A stretch of DNA of 64,000 bases from Longimicrobiales bacterium (GTDB lineage Bacteria; Gemmatimonadota; Gemmatimonadetes; Longimicrobiales; Gaopeijiaceae), in the NCBI GenBank assembly GCA_965202805.1, contig OZ241869.1, forward strand, positions 1,312,001 to 1,376,000, given 5' to 3'. The position numbers were made by a program, and so were the translations under genes. Positions 63,266 to 64,000 of the stretch are shown here, piece by piece (the first letter of the stretch is position 1; every line of letters starts with the position of its first letter). The notes beneath the pieces are model-generated. The model made no database searches and had not been told where the DNA came from. It saw only the letters and a program-made list of their open reading frames with translations.

Positions 63266-64000
63266 GCCCGCGTGAGCGCGTAGAGCACGACCGCGCCCGC
63301 AACCGCCGCGTTGAGCGAATCGGCCGCTCCGGCCATCGGGACGCCCGCACACGCGCTCGCCACCTCGCGGATTTCCGCGCGCACACCCGCGCCCTCGTTG
63401 CCGACCACCAGCATCCACGGCGGTGTGACGGAGAGGGCGGCCGCATCCTGCCCGGCGGCGGCGGCCACGATCACCTGCACGCCGCCCGCCCTGGTACCCA
63501 CCTCGCTCCAGGGCGCGCGCACCACCGGGATGCGGAATACGCTTCCCGCGGACGCGCGCACCACCCGGGCGTTCCAGGGATCCACGGTCCCGTCGAGGGC
63601 GATCACGGCGGTGAGGCCGAAGGCGCGCGCGGTGCGCACCAGGGTGCCCAGGTTGCCCGGATCCTGGATTCCGTCGAGCGCCAGGAAGCGTGCGTCGGGG
63701 GCGAGATGGAGCGCCTCCGGAGCAGGTGCCGGTTCTTCGCAGACCAGCAGGATCCCCTGCGGGCTCGCCGTGGCCGACACCGCCGCCATCTCCCGTTCTC
63801 CCACCCAGTCCGGGGTCACCCGGTCCGCCTCCAGTTCCGTGAGCAGAGCCTCCCCCGCAGGAGAGCGCACCAGCGCGGGCGAGCAGACCGCGAAGCGCAC
63901 GGCCGCGCCGGACGCGAGCGCCTCCCCGGCGGCGCGCACGCCTTCCACCAGCACCAGGCCCTCGCGTACGCGGCTCCGGCCGCTCCCGAGCCGCGCGAGC
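63262..64000 (-). CDS. TrmH/SpoU-family RNA methyltransferase, 5' end beyond window
   Basis: LVEG, PQGI, IQDPGNLGTLVRTA, VVGNEGAG, SLNAAVAG. Confidence 0.93.
   Translation of the reverse strand, partial: LARLGSGRSRVREGLVLVEGVRAAGEALASGAAVRFAVCSPALVRSPAGEALLTELEADRVTPDWVGEREMAAVSATASPQGILLVCEEPAPAPEALHLAPDARFLALDGIQDPGNLGTLVRTARAFGLTAVIALDGTVDPWNARVVRASAGSVFRIPVVRAPWSEVGTRAGGVQVIVAAAAGQDAAALSVTPPWMLVVGNEGAGVRAEIREVASACAGVPMAGAADSLNAAVAGAVVLYALTRA

Overview
High-GC chromosomal segment, densely coding, with about 54 genes. I saw no tRNA, rRNA, CRISPR array, integrase or transposase. The gene content (PorV-family barrel, T9SS-type C-terminal sorting domain, short ATP synthase epsilon, DUF1592/DUF1552 cluster) suggests an FCB-group bacterium, most likely Gemmatimonadota; this is inference. 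Housekeeping content: acs, a PerR/Fur regulator, moeA, etfBA, mpg, aroB, PBP1A, pyrimidine-nucleoside phosphorylase, ruvX-mltG-thiE, a complete atpZIBEFHAGDC operon, MoxR, a CNNM/CBS protein, gamma-carbonic anhydrase, pilD and a TrmH methyltransferase. The most notable items are: (1) a five-gene outer-membrane operon (TonB receptor, 1345-aa T9SS-CTD protein, PorV-like barrel, small barrel, lipoprotein) with a long structured attenuator-like leader and its own terminator; (2) five 23-bp tandem repeats plus an AT-rich inverted repeat directly upstream of an AAA_14/DUF4143 ATPase-nuclease; (3) a frameshifted DinJ-YafQ-like toxin-antitoxin remnant missed by the ORF track; (4) a DUF1592 diheme/DUF1552/ankyrin cluster; (5) a NYN-LOTUS-LOTUS-HhH protein; (6) two short ORFs that bridge adjacent genes by overlapping codons. 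Family assignments come from motif recognition, not database searches. Many start codons were moved from the ORF track using RBS, overlap and N-terminal logic.
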